Assembly: GCF_000143415.4 (NCBI RefSeq)
Contig: NW_003314299.1
Span: 606,229-670,228 of the forward strand
Reading direction: 5' to 3'
Length of the DNA: 64,000 nucleotides
Source of the DNA: Selaginella moellendorffii
Taxonomy: Eukaryota; Plantae; Lycopodiophyta
Positions 1-10,875 of the stretch are shown here, in pieces; position 1 is the first letter of the stretch; every line of letters begins with the position of its first letter. The translations under genes and the position numbers were made by a program. The notes below the pieces were generated by a model. That model ran no database searches and was not told the DNA's origin. It was given only the letters and a program-made list of their open reading frames with translations.

Positions 1-217
1 ATCACATTGTTCATTTGAAAAGCGGCATGATTTTGAGAAGAATTCCAATAATCCCATTAGGGCCCAATAGAATGTTCCTGGGGGGGGCAAATTGAAGAAT
101 GCAGAAGAGATTTGACCCTCCCGAGCATCAAATTGTAAAGAACCAACTCCCCGAGGTGTCATAGGCTAAAGGATCCCCGAAAGCATAACCGAAATAACAA
201 AGAATTCATCGGATGGG

Positions 218-488
218 ACCGAGTCAAAGATCGAGTCCAAGACCGACTCTGAGACTGAGTTCGAGATAGAGTCCGGAATCGAGTCCGAGGCCAAATCAGA
301 GACCGAGTTCGAGACCAAGTTCGAGACAGAGTCCGAGATCCAAATCGAGTCCGAGACCGAGTCCGAGGTCGAGTCCGAAGTCGGGTCCGAGATCGGGTCC
401 GAGATCGAGTTTGAGATCGAGTCCGAGACCGAGTCCGAAGTCGGGTCTGAGATCAAGTCCAAGATCGAGTTCGAGACCGAGTCCGAGT
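218..488 (+). repeat. 6/12-bp minisatellite (GAGTCC-GAGATC/GAGACC), LTR-associated
   Basis: Direct reading shows repeated gagtccgagatc/gagacc units. These explain the Ser/Asp-rich spurious ORF 166-462. Confidence 0.85.
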
Positions 489-1930
489 ACTAATATGGGT
501 CCAAGGGGTGAAAGCCCAAAGTGTGTGTATCCCGGGGGGGGTGGGGGGGGACTGCAAAGGGTTCCAAAAGTATAGTAGGGATAATGAGGTCTAGGAACCA
601 GTCTTGAAGGAACTTTTCAGTGGTGCTTCTAAACTGACTTGAGGTTGAGATTGGGGCTGAGGGGCCTTGGGTGGGAGTGAGCATGGACTCGGATGGTGCT
701 AAAGGGGCCACCCAAGGAAGTGCTCAAGAGCAGCTCCCACTCCCGAAAGGGAAAACGATTGCGGTGCTCCCAGATCATGTGGAGTGGTGCCCCACTTAAG
801 TACCTTGTGGCTCATTGGTCCTCGCCCTTCCTAGGGGCTTGGGCCTTCCCTTTGGGATAGAAGTGGGGGGGTAGAGGTACCCATACCAGGTTGTTAAGTC
901 ACGATGTTTCGCCCCAATGTCCCGAAGCAAGTGTTGCACCCAAAGCTTGGGATTTAGAGGGTCCCATGATCAAGCTTTGTTGTACTAAGAACCTAGAGGC
1001 TTGGTGTGTTTGGCTGCTTGTGCATACGGGGAGTGTAGCTGAACCTTAAGTCTAGTCTAACCCAGAGAGGGGGATTGGGAGAGATTTGGGAATCCGTGGA
1101 GGGATGGCTAACACTCCGTTGCTTGTGCAATGAGTAGCTGAAACCAAGTAGGACCAAATAGGAGTTGGTATAGTAGGCGGGAACCTTGGCGAGGGAACTT
1201 AGCACAAGCCAAGGCAGTGTTGGTCGGATAGACGAGGTAAATTGGCAAATTGGAAAAGAAAAATTTGTGGTTTTACACAAATCACACAAAACAAGCACTA
1301 AAGCGCACAGAATCATAACAACAATGCAGCAATCTTGTGAAACAATGCAAGAAATTGTAAGGATCCCATCGAGAAATCCATACCCTAGGTAGATCAATTG
1401 CAATCTCCAATCCAAAACCCCTCCACCCGCATAGTGCCAAACTAGCGCCCTTGCTCTCGACTATGTGGAGGTCCAAATAGCTAAACCTTTGTCCATAGAG
1501 CACCGTTGGATCTCATACCAGCTGGCAAGCCAATCAAACAGACTTCCTTTTTCCCCTATCCCTATGTCTCTCTCTTGCTTGCTAAATCCAAGTGTTTTGA
1601 TAGTCTGCGATTGTAGCTTAAATTGGCTTCTTTAAAAATTTGGTGCCAAGAACATCCAAGTAGAGCATGTCAATAGTAAAGGAGACAGACCCAATAATAT
1701 TGTGGACTTTAGTAAGCATGTTGTTAGGGTTTGTTATGGGTTTTTGTGAGAATCTTCTATAGTGCATCAGAATATTCTGGAAGGAGCATATTCTTCTCCA
1801 TTGTGAGAATATTCTAGAATTCTGAGAAACTCAAATCAATCTAGCCATTGGTTGATCTAGCTAGCAAAGTGTTCCAGTGCTTGTGGCAAAGGCTCCTCTT
1901 TTCTCAAAGAAGGCACTACGACACATATCA

Positions 1931-2284
1931 CATATTGTCGCGAATGTGACTTCAGATATCGAAAGTTACCTGTCGGCTAGTCCTTATGGACACTCTTACC
2001 TTACTGCCACGATGGCAGGAGGTCGGTATTGCTGGACCCGTTATCAGTTTCCCACTTGAGCTAGTTGAGAAACTGGTCAATGACCATGAACTTAGATTTG
2101 ATAAACATAGTGTCGCGAATGTGACTTCAGGTATCGAAAGTTACTTGTCAGCTAGTCCTTACAGACACTCTTACCTTACTGCCACGATGGCAGGAGGTCG
2201 GTATTGCTGGACCCATTATCAGTTTCTCACTTGAGCTAGTTGAGAAACTGGTCAATGACCATGAACTTAGATTGGATAAACATA
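1931..2284 (+). repeat. 175-bp tandem duplication (2 copies)
   Basis: cata(t/g)tgtcgcgaatgtgacttcag... starts at 1931 and 2106, and 'cata' recurs at 2281. Few mismatches between copies. Confidence 0.9.
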
Positions 2285-3423
2285 AGGTAGGAACCCTATG
2301 TGTTTCTTGCTGAGCATACTCGGCCTGGTTTGAGAAACTTGAGTCATTGGCTTGCACTTGCTAGTATCAAGAACCCCCACGATATTGAGATTGGTCCCTC
2401 AATATCGCTAGATGATAGCTTACCGTGTCTGCCAAACACCCTCGCTATCATGCCCTTTGTGTTAGTCTCATTTTGGTCCCAAATGCTATTTATAGAAAGT
2501 GTCCAGATTTGCTCATTTGGCATATCTGCGGAATGTAGAGATTGTCTTGAATACAATGGTGTTCGTCCCATGCCCAAATTCGCAATCTAGGGACATTCCA
2601 TATTTAGTAAGTTTCGAGTTTGTCTCAGAGACTAACTCCTGATACTAAGGGAGGCTTGGGGTGAAAGCCCAAAGCGTGTGTTCCTCAAGGGGGGGGGGGG
2701 GCTGTGGGGGTTCCAAATGTATAGTAAGGATAGTGGGTAGGTTGGGCATGGCTGACCAACCTGAGGCATAGTCTAGCTCCCGCTTGCGTGCCTATCCTTG
2801 TTCTGCGTCCGGCTTGGGTCTAAGCCCAAGTTCCATTCCATGCTAGTTGGTGGAGTACCCATATCCTCACGTTAGGCCACCGATATGCCGAAATAGCGCC
2901 AGACTCCATTTGGCTCCGTTTTGCATGCTGGTCCTGGCATTGGGATGTTGGTTGCTCCAGGACTGTTCCAAGTCGCTCTGGGCTCCTGTCCCTTCGCTCC
3001 TTGGGCTTTATGCTCGGGAGTTGCTCCGTGGTTCGGTTCCGACACTCCTTGGCTCCATGCTTGGGAGTTTGGCACCATTCTATCGTTAAGTGGCCCAAGG
3101 CCCTGAACCTCGGGTTCTTATGGACACGTGGCATGGACATGTGGCATGTGACACGTGGCATCTGTCACGTGGCACAAAGAGGGTTTAGGTTCCACTTCGT
3201 GGTGTTATCCTATGGTAAATCACCATAGGATAAAGGGTCAAAACCACGTGCGCTACACATATAAAGTGTTGACCAGCATTGACACTCAACCTTTTGCAAT
3301 GGAGACCCTCTGAAGGTTTAATGGAGAGCGTATGATGACAGTAGGCTTGACTATTGGCGACTTCAAGTTGTGATTCAAGCTTATATTTGAATCTCTCTCT
3401 CTCTCTCTCGGGTTTTGTGAGCT

Positions 3424-3920
3424 ATGGTGTGTGCTCTTGCCAATCCCTGGCAAATTTCTGCACAACGCCCTTCTTTTCTTGCTGTGGCTGCTGGTTTGCT
3501 GCCTGTTTTGGGAATTGAGATGAGTTGCGATGCCATTGGAGCTGTTGTTGTTAGTGGATTTTCTTGTAGTGAGATAACTTTGTATCTGGTCACTAGCGAT
3601 GGAAAGATTTTGGGAGAGTCACTGAAATCACAAGTACTTTTTTTTTCTTTCTTCTTCATATTTATTCTATTTTGTTTTGTTCCTTTGGATTCAAGGCAAA
3701 GTTCCTTTGACAATATGGTGGTGTGATGTCTCTAGCAATATGTTTAAACCACAAGCAAGCAATTGATGAAGTAAGTTATTCTCTTTTCAATGGAAGTTTC
3801 GAGAGTTTTTTTATGTTCTTTAGGTGGTGGCACAAGTTCTAGAGAATGCAAAAGTGAAGGAGTCAAAACTTGCAATAGTAGTTGTGACAATTAGTCCTAG
3901 CTTGAGTTTATGCTTGGATG
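3424..3920 (+). pseudogene. 5' fragment of organellar-type tRNA t6A transferase (TsaD/Kae1/GCP1) with introns
   Basis: Spliced translation: VLGIEMSCDAIGAVV / VTSDGKILGESLKSQ / AKFL*QYGGVMSLAICLNHKQAIDE / VVAQVLENAKVKESKLAIVVVTISPSLSLCLD. This matches the TsaD motifs LGIETSCDDT, YGGVxP and AVTIGPGL. In-frame TGA at 3708-3710, degraded first acceptor, and no recognisable continuation. Confidence 0.8.
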
Positions 3921-6900
3921 GTAGTGTTCTTTGTGATCTTTCCTAGGCTTATTGTCATGCCTAGTCAATGTGATGCCCAGCATCACATTAAAGAATTGCT
4001 TGGCATGTACTTTTCAACCATTGGCACCAAAGGAGGGACATTCATGGTTCACATGCTTTTCATTGTGGCAAATCTATATAGTCATTAGGATAGTAAGTTT
4101 TTTACTTTCTTTACCAAGTGAATTCATGGGTGTAGAGATTGGCCAGATTCTGACAATAGGTTTTATCTCTTGCTAATTGTGCTGCCATGGTGATGGAAGT
4201 GTGGTATCAAAAGATTTTGGGTTATCCAGGTGGCAATATATAGTGCGCTTGCTAATCTAACCAATGACAAATTGTACCTATGAGGTGATAGATTATGTAT
4301 GTCTTTGGTGGCATTATCAGATCAAAATCCAAAACTAGTAGAGATTTCAATTTTGTTTAATGGGTTACTCAATTTTTTTTATGTGAATAACTTTATTTTT
4401 AACGCTTTATGAATAAAATAATCAACTTTAAGTAAAATTATTCTGTTTTATAAAGTATTATATTTTAGGTCAAAATTAACTTTTATAATTTAATTTAACA
4501 GTATTTACAAATATAATAAGAAAATTATATTCTGTACAGATAGTCTGTCTAAATATCACTAAAACATATAAAACCCAATACCAAGTGATGGTATATCAAA
4601 TGTGGGTTAATTTAATTTTTGAATATGTAGGACTATGATAAAAGCTTCAACTATTAATACAAAAAAATTAAACAACTTTAACAATAAGAGTATATATTAT
4701 AGTTTTATATATAGCCTTAGCTACATATCTTAAAACTAAGATAATGTATGCAGTATTTGATTAAACAGTAATATTTTGAAATCTTTTTCCTAACTACAAA
4801 TATAGTTTACTACTGCATAATACTATAGAATATAGGATTTTAATTTATAGTTTCCATAACATATATATTACAAATAATTATTTTCTTGACTGAATCTGGG
4901 TTGTAATATATTAATGTTCCTAAAAGCTTATTATTTTATATTCTAAGTAAAACTCATAATTAAGTAATGTCTTGCAGTAATTATTCTCTTTTATTTGATA
5001 AAATCTCAATATAAGTTTATCTCAAGTAAAAATATAATTTACATATAACATATTATTAATAATAGAAAATTCATTTTACTTTTATCTGGGTCAGATATGT
5101 TTTTAAATATATTCATATTTCCAAATAAAAAGTTTTATCTAATATTTTTATTAATGAAAATTTATTTTTACTTATACCTAACAATATATTTTGTTCTAAA
5201 TATTTATATTATCAAGTTTACAAGAATTAGATTTTGTATTCATCTAGCATTTCTTGGGCATAATTTCCTTCAATTATTTTTTCAAAGTGAAATACAATAT
5301 TTTTTGTTTTGATACTATTCCAATTTAATTTTTAATATATTAAAAAATTAGAACAGCATTTTGCTAACTACACAGCATATGCTGAGCAAGTGTTAGTAAA
5401 TAATGATAGCAAATACACCCCAATAAATATAAAAAGATGTCATGTATGTGGCACTATCTCTCCTTTTTATGTCAAACATTGAATGCTAAATGAAGTGATA
5501 TAGATATTGTTGATAGAAATCCAACTATGACTAAGATGAAAAGTAATCTCCCAAGTATAATCACTAAGAGAATACCCAAACTAATTCATTAGATAATAAA
5601 GCTTGCAGTATTGGTATTTAAAGTTAAGGATGGTAACGAACTCAAACTTCAATTGCTAGTAATGACCTATGGTGGAACATAAGTAAAATCATAAAGAGTG
5701 TGATATGATAATAATAAAGAAATATAAAATACCAAATGCAACTTTGTGGATAGAGCCAATAAATGATTTAAGAATGTGAAAGACCATAGAAAAAAGATCA
5801 AAACATTGATAATCCAATTTTTTAAATGAGTTCAATGATGATAAAGAAACAAAACTTAAGATCTATTGGAAAAGAAAGGCTAAATAGTTATTTACAGTAT
5901 ATCAATCAGTAATTTGGACATAAAAAAGATGTCACAGTGATTATAAGTGCTTTAAATAGTGTCAGGCTTGGTGGTCAAAAATATCATCCCATTTTTGCAT
6001 TGTGAAAAAAAAAAACAAATGGAAAATTTGATGTTCTTAGTTGACATAGTGTTCTCACTTATCATTTTGGGGGACCTTGCTTTCAACTTTCAATATCAAA
6101 TTTCCTTGAATTTTCTTGGTTCCAAATTATTTCTCTTACATAATTCTTTACTTTTATAGTGTATGTGATTTTCACCCTTTACTTTATGATAATTTACCAT
6201 ACAGAGTAAACAAAGGGTGAAAGAACAAAACCATGGAGTGACATTGAAATAATATTAAAGCATTCAACTCTTAAACACCACTAACACACAAAATAGAGCC
6301 TAACAAAGTTTAATGTTATTTTACAATATCAGCAGTTTAATGTGAGGATATGAATATTCCACCAACTAACATAGTATAGAGTTTAATTTAAACACATAAT
6401 AAGGACAAATATGTTTAGTAGGGAGTTAGGCAATGTTTGAGATTAATCAGTCATGCTCAATTTACCCACTATTTCTACTATACATAATATATATACCACA
6501 CAACCACAAACTTAGATAAAACAAGCCTTCAACAGCTAGTGTGGTTCATTCTACTATATTTACCACATATTTACAAGTGGTAAATACTACATAAGTTATT
6601 GAAATTGAACTCTACTCCCCTAGGAAGAAAATATAGAAGGGCTATTGTGGCATATTGAGCAATGGGACACTATTTGCATTTTACTGAGAGGAAGCCAATC
6701 CTCTAGTTTGAGAGGATGTATTGAAACAATGGAACATGCATTACATCACTGCCTAACATACACTCATATCTGCATAATTCCCAATGAATGCATCAAGTCT
6801 CACAGCACTCCTAAACCACCCAAAGGCTAGGCTAAGGAGTTGGCAACATTTCTAGTTGATATCATACAGCAATTCCAATTTGATTAATAACTCTATGTAA

Positions 6901-7353
6901 AAGATATAAATAGATCTTCCTCTTCCTCCAATTATGGATCTTTGGCCTTGAGTAGAGCCAACATAACACCTTACACTACATAACACTCCAATTACAAGTC
7001 AAAACATTTATATCTAGTCATTCTATTACAACTTAAGTATGCGAGCTGTACAATTGTTTATTGCTAATGCATATGTTAATTAGTAATAACAATTATATAT
7101 TACTCTAAATTACTTCTTCTTAGATATAAATTAGACCTCCATCCCTTCACAAAATTTAGTATATTCAAGCTTCTTAATTTTTATCATTAGTTCATTATGA
7201 AAGCAAACCAAACATTGGTACTCCACATCAAGTTATTTGAAGCACATAAAAGCACTTAGTTATGCTTATAAACAAACACAAGAATTTAAACACTAGTTAG
7301 TGAACCCTCATATCATGTTTATATTTAAATATCGAAAGCAATCAAGCAAATGT

Positions 7354-9759
7354 TTAGCAAGTCAATTTTGACTTTGTAGACCAGCCAAATTTCTCAAACA
7401 GGCTCAAGACAACACCATTGCTCCATCCAAAGCCAGTCTACAAAACATTAAACCAAGTACGTAAGTGAAAAAACTGTTTATGCACAAACCGGAGGATTGT
7501 ACTCTCCACCAAGACCACTCCTGCCACAGTATCTCGCGTCTAACTTCTCCAGCATCTTCCCAACCCTTTGGAATTCCGCATAGCTCGACTTTAGCCAGCG
7601 CTGGGATATATCCTCCGCCAGGGCCAACCCTTCCACAGATCTAGCACCAGCAAATCCTTCTATTATAATATGCTGGAGATTGGGCCAAGCATTCGGGTAG
7701 TCCCTGTTACATTTCATCCAACATTACTATATGTCTTAATAAAAGAGTCGACTAGTAACTTACCATTGCTCTCCTGTTTCTCTCAGTGAGGTGACCACAC
7801 CCGCAGCTAACAGCAGCCCCGATTTCTTAAAAGAAGAGACGAGCTTCGAAACTTTCTCATCGCCTGAAATGATAAATATATTGTTTAGAAAACAGGAAAA
7901 AAAACAAAACAATCGAATACGTTACCTGGTCGCACCACTCCGCACCAAAGAGGGAAAAAGTTGGAAGGAAAAACATCAGTGTTTTGGTTCTGTTTGTCGA
8001 AACTGTAGATCTTTTGCTGCTTGAATTCAATGTCTGTGGCATTGCGTTTCACCAGCCAGTAGTCGAGGTATTGTCCCATTTCTTCGTTCCAAAACACGGC
8101 ATTTATGGCAGCTTTTCTCGACGTTGCATGCATGTGAAATCGCCTTTGGAGCTCTTTCTTTCCTAAGAGCTTGGCAAAATACGCGATATTGTTTTCCATC
8201 TACAGCAAACGAAAGATGCTTATCAAATATATTTTACGCTAAACAGAGCTGCTTGCCTGTAGCAAAAACGAGTTGAGATCCACAGGAAGAATATAGGCCG
8301 TCACAAGTGTTGTTCGGTTTAGGCGATTCCTGAAATATTAGAAAGAACCCTGGTGAAAAAATGAATAAAACCTTTTTGTATGCAACGATTTATGACACTT
8401 ACGCCATCCAGCGGGAGCTGAAATCCCAGCCACTTTCAGCAGCGGTCGCGATTTGGTGGTAAAGCTTGGATTTTTCCTGCGAACTTCCCAAGTTCTTGGC
8501 AGTGTCAGTGTCAACAATATACGATTCTGGCCTTGGCGAGTACAAATTCGCGTTGTATCTCGTTAGTACGTGCTTAACCCCATGACCATCGCGAATGTGG
8601 ACTGTGAAACGATCTAGAGATGTCCAAATGTAAAAAAGATTAAAAGAAAAACACAATACAAGAACTTAAAGCTGCTTGCCTGACGACCAAAACGAATGTT
8701 CTTTTAAGAGTGCAGGAAAAGCTTCCTCTATTAGCGATTTATTCTTGGTTTCGGCGTATACTGCCTTGACGGATTCGCTGAGAAGCGGAGGCTGGCTTCC
8801 TGCATAATTATACAACGTAAGCTCGAAACGAAGGAGAGAAACAAAATGGCTAGAAATAGCTTACGATTGAGATAATAGCTCCGAGCACCATTGGGAACAA
8901 ATCCGTAAGTATTGACGAGGTAAATGAGATTTCCGACAACCGATGTGGCTGTTTCATACAATTTGCTCACGAGAAGTCCCCTGGAAAATGAAGAAGAAAA
9001 AAAAAAGAGATTACACATACCAAAAAAAATAAAGAAAAGTTGTGTACCTGATGATCCAGTAAGTGTCCCAGTAGTAAACTTCGCGAAACCTCGATCCAGG
9101 AATCACAACAACGTTTGGAAGCGGGAGCAAAGTATGGCGCTGTGGTTTCTCGACCACCTCGCGCTTGATCTTCTTTGCCAAAACTTTCCACAGCGAATGT
9201 ATTTTTAGAGCGAATTCCCGAGCCGAGGCATCCTTGACTTTGGGAAGGAACCTTTCGGGGGTGTTTGCAAAGTCCGAGAGATTGTAGTCTCCCAGGTCAG
9301 TCCCTGGCACGTTGAAATGCTCGCTTACAAATTCATTAAACCTTCCTGTCGAGTAGCAATGATAGGAGCGAGAAAACAAAAGATGAAAAAGTTTTCGCGA
9401 ACCTTTATCAATGTTGCTGCGGGAGAGATTCACAAAAGCCGATTTTGTGACCTCCAAGTCCTGCTTGAGCGGCAGATCGACGTAGTACTTCGGATCAAAG
9501 GTCCCGTTTTCATTGCCCAGGACCTGAAAGGCGGTGGACTGCACAGAGGTAAGAAACGATTCCAGAGGAGTCGTATCATTGATGCTAGCTCCTGCGATGG
9601 ATCACAAAACTTTGAGCGATATCTTTGAGGAAAAGAAGCACACAAGCAAAAACTTCGAAGAGTACCTGAGATGGATCCTGGCAGGAGCAGTAGCAGCAGC
9701 AGCGCAAACAAATCCAGAGCTCTCAACGCCATCGCCATTGCTGATACCGTCCTTGCCAT
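7354..9759 (-). CDS. TRE1: Alpha,alpha-trehalase (GH37), multi-exon
   Basis: Motifs DPKYYVDLP, VIPGSRFREVYYWDTYW, GFVPNGARSYYLNRSQPP, PRPESY, AAESGWDFSSRW, DYPNAWPNLQ, EKLD, GGEY and GFGWSNGV. Hydrophobic N-terminal segment. Stop TAA at 7354-7356. Two introns need GC donors. A further upstream exon is possible (see findings). Confidence 0.95.
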
Positions 9760-10009
9760 GGCCGTGACAAACTTTAGTCCAAATGGAAGGACTAAAGCGT
9801 CGGAGCTTCGCTGCAAATGGTATAACGTCAGAGCGGCCGCCTTGGTACACGAGTAAATCTTGGAGCGACGTGTTGGTGTCAACCATGTGTTCCAATCTCG
9901 TGGCGTAGATGGTCGCTCTCGCTCTAAAAAAAAAACGTGTTACAACTTTGGCTCGTCCTTGAGAACTTTTATCGCGAATTATAGTCTTTGCTGAGTTTGA
10001 AGTCTTTGA

Positions 10010-10540
10010 GGAAACACGATTCGTCCAGAAAGCAAAAGAAAAACACGCTGGAACGAAGAACTCAATAAAAATCCAAGCAAAGATCTATCCGTACACTAGA
10101 TTGGACACGATTCATCCAGAAAGGTTTAAAAAAAACCATTCTGAAACAAAGAATTCAAAGACCAAGTGATAAATCTGAGCAAGGATAAGCAAGGATTATC
10201 TATATTGGTTCGTCCAAAAAGGAAAAGGAAAACAAGCTGGAACGAAGACTTTCAAAGACTAAGTGATAAAAATCCAAGCAAGAATTTATCTACATTAAAT
10301 TGGAACTAACAGTTGACACGATTCATCCAGAAAGGAAGAAAAAACCATGCTAGAAAGACCAAGTGATAAATCTAAGCAAGGATTTATTGGAACTCGAGAG
10401 GAAGAAAAACACTACATTGGGAAGAAAAAAATAATGCTGGAACGAAGAATTCAAAGACCAAAGCAAGGATTTATCTACATTTGACACGATTCATCCAGAA
10501 AGGATGCTGGAACGAAGAATTCAAAGACTTGAAGCAAGGA
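10010..10540. repeat. Degenerate ~100-bp tandem repeat (about 5 units), probably within a trehalase 5' intron
   Basis: Recurrent GACACGATTC(A/G)TCCAGAAAGG ... CTGGAACGAAGAATTCAAAGAC ... AGCAAGGATTTATC near 10013, 10104, 10207, 10315 and 10483. Confidence 0.8.
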
Positions 10541-10665
10541 TCTAGGGAGAGGAGAGTCACCTCGCCACATAAACCCTAAAGCGCGTCACCGTCCACGTGT
10601 CCTCCATCCAACGGGCACCGTGTTTGAGCGACTCCCATTGGCCGAGAGTCACAGGCTTAGGCGTG

Positions 10666-10677
10666 ATTGGTCCACGT
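10666..10677 (+). promoter_or_regulatory. ERSE-II / plant UPRE core (ATTGGTCCACGT)
   Basis: Exact ATTGG-N-CCACG match, identical to the first 12 nt of the plant P-UPRE. It lies 200 bp upstream of an ER co-chaperone ATG. Confidence 0.7.
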
Positions 10678-10875
10678 AGACAAAAGTGACAGAATATCCG
10701 AGGAATAACCATTTTTTGTGACCTAGGAGAAATCGCGAGGGAAGGCGCCATCGATTTTGCTGCGCGATCTCTGCCTGGTTTGTAAGATTGTAGCTTGGGG
10801 CGATCCATCAATCGCGAAGCTTTCGACGCGATCGACAGCTTTGGATTGGTGTATGAGACAGCGGAGCTGTGAAGA

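Larger units (their letters stand above)
1..3257. mobile_element. Degenerate LTR-retrotransposon-derived region (several fragments)
   Basis: GAGTCC/GAGATC tandem repeats at ~220-490. The block GGGTGAAAGCCCAAAG...TTCCAAA(A/T)GTATAGTA occurs at ~506 and ~2659 and is shared with the LTRs at 13.4-23.5 kb. PBS-like TGGTATGAGATC on the minus strand at 1509-1520. Terminus-like TGTAGCGCACGTGG on the minus strand starting at 3257. No intact ORF. Confidence 0.6.

Noticed and set aside
4300-7300. AT-rich tract with short F/I/L-rich ORFs (similar ones at 23.6-24.9 kb and 49.7-52.1 kb)
   Set aside because: Compositional artefacts. Probably decayed TE DNA, but no diagnostic motif or termini were recognised.
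10010-10540. Repeat-spacer appearance suggesting a CRISPR-like array
   Set aside because: Eukaryotic context, degenerate units, intervening sequences are themselves related, and there are no cas genes.
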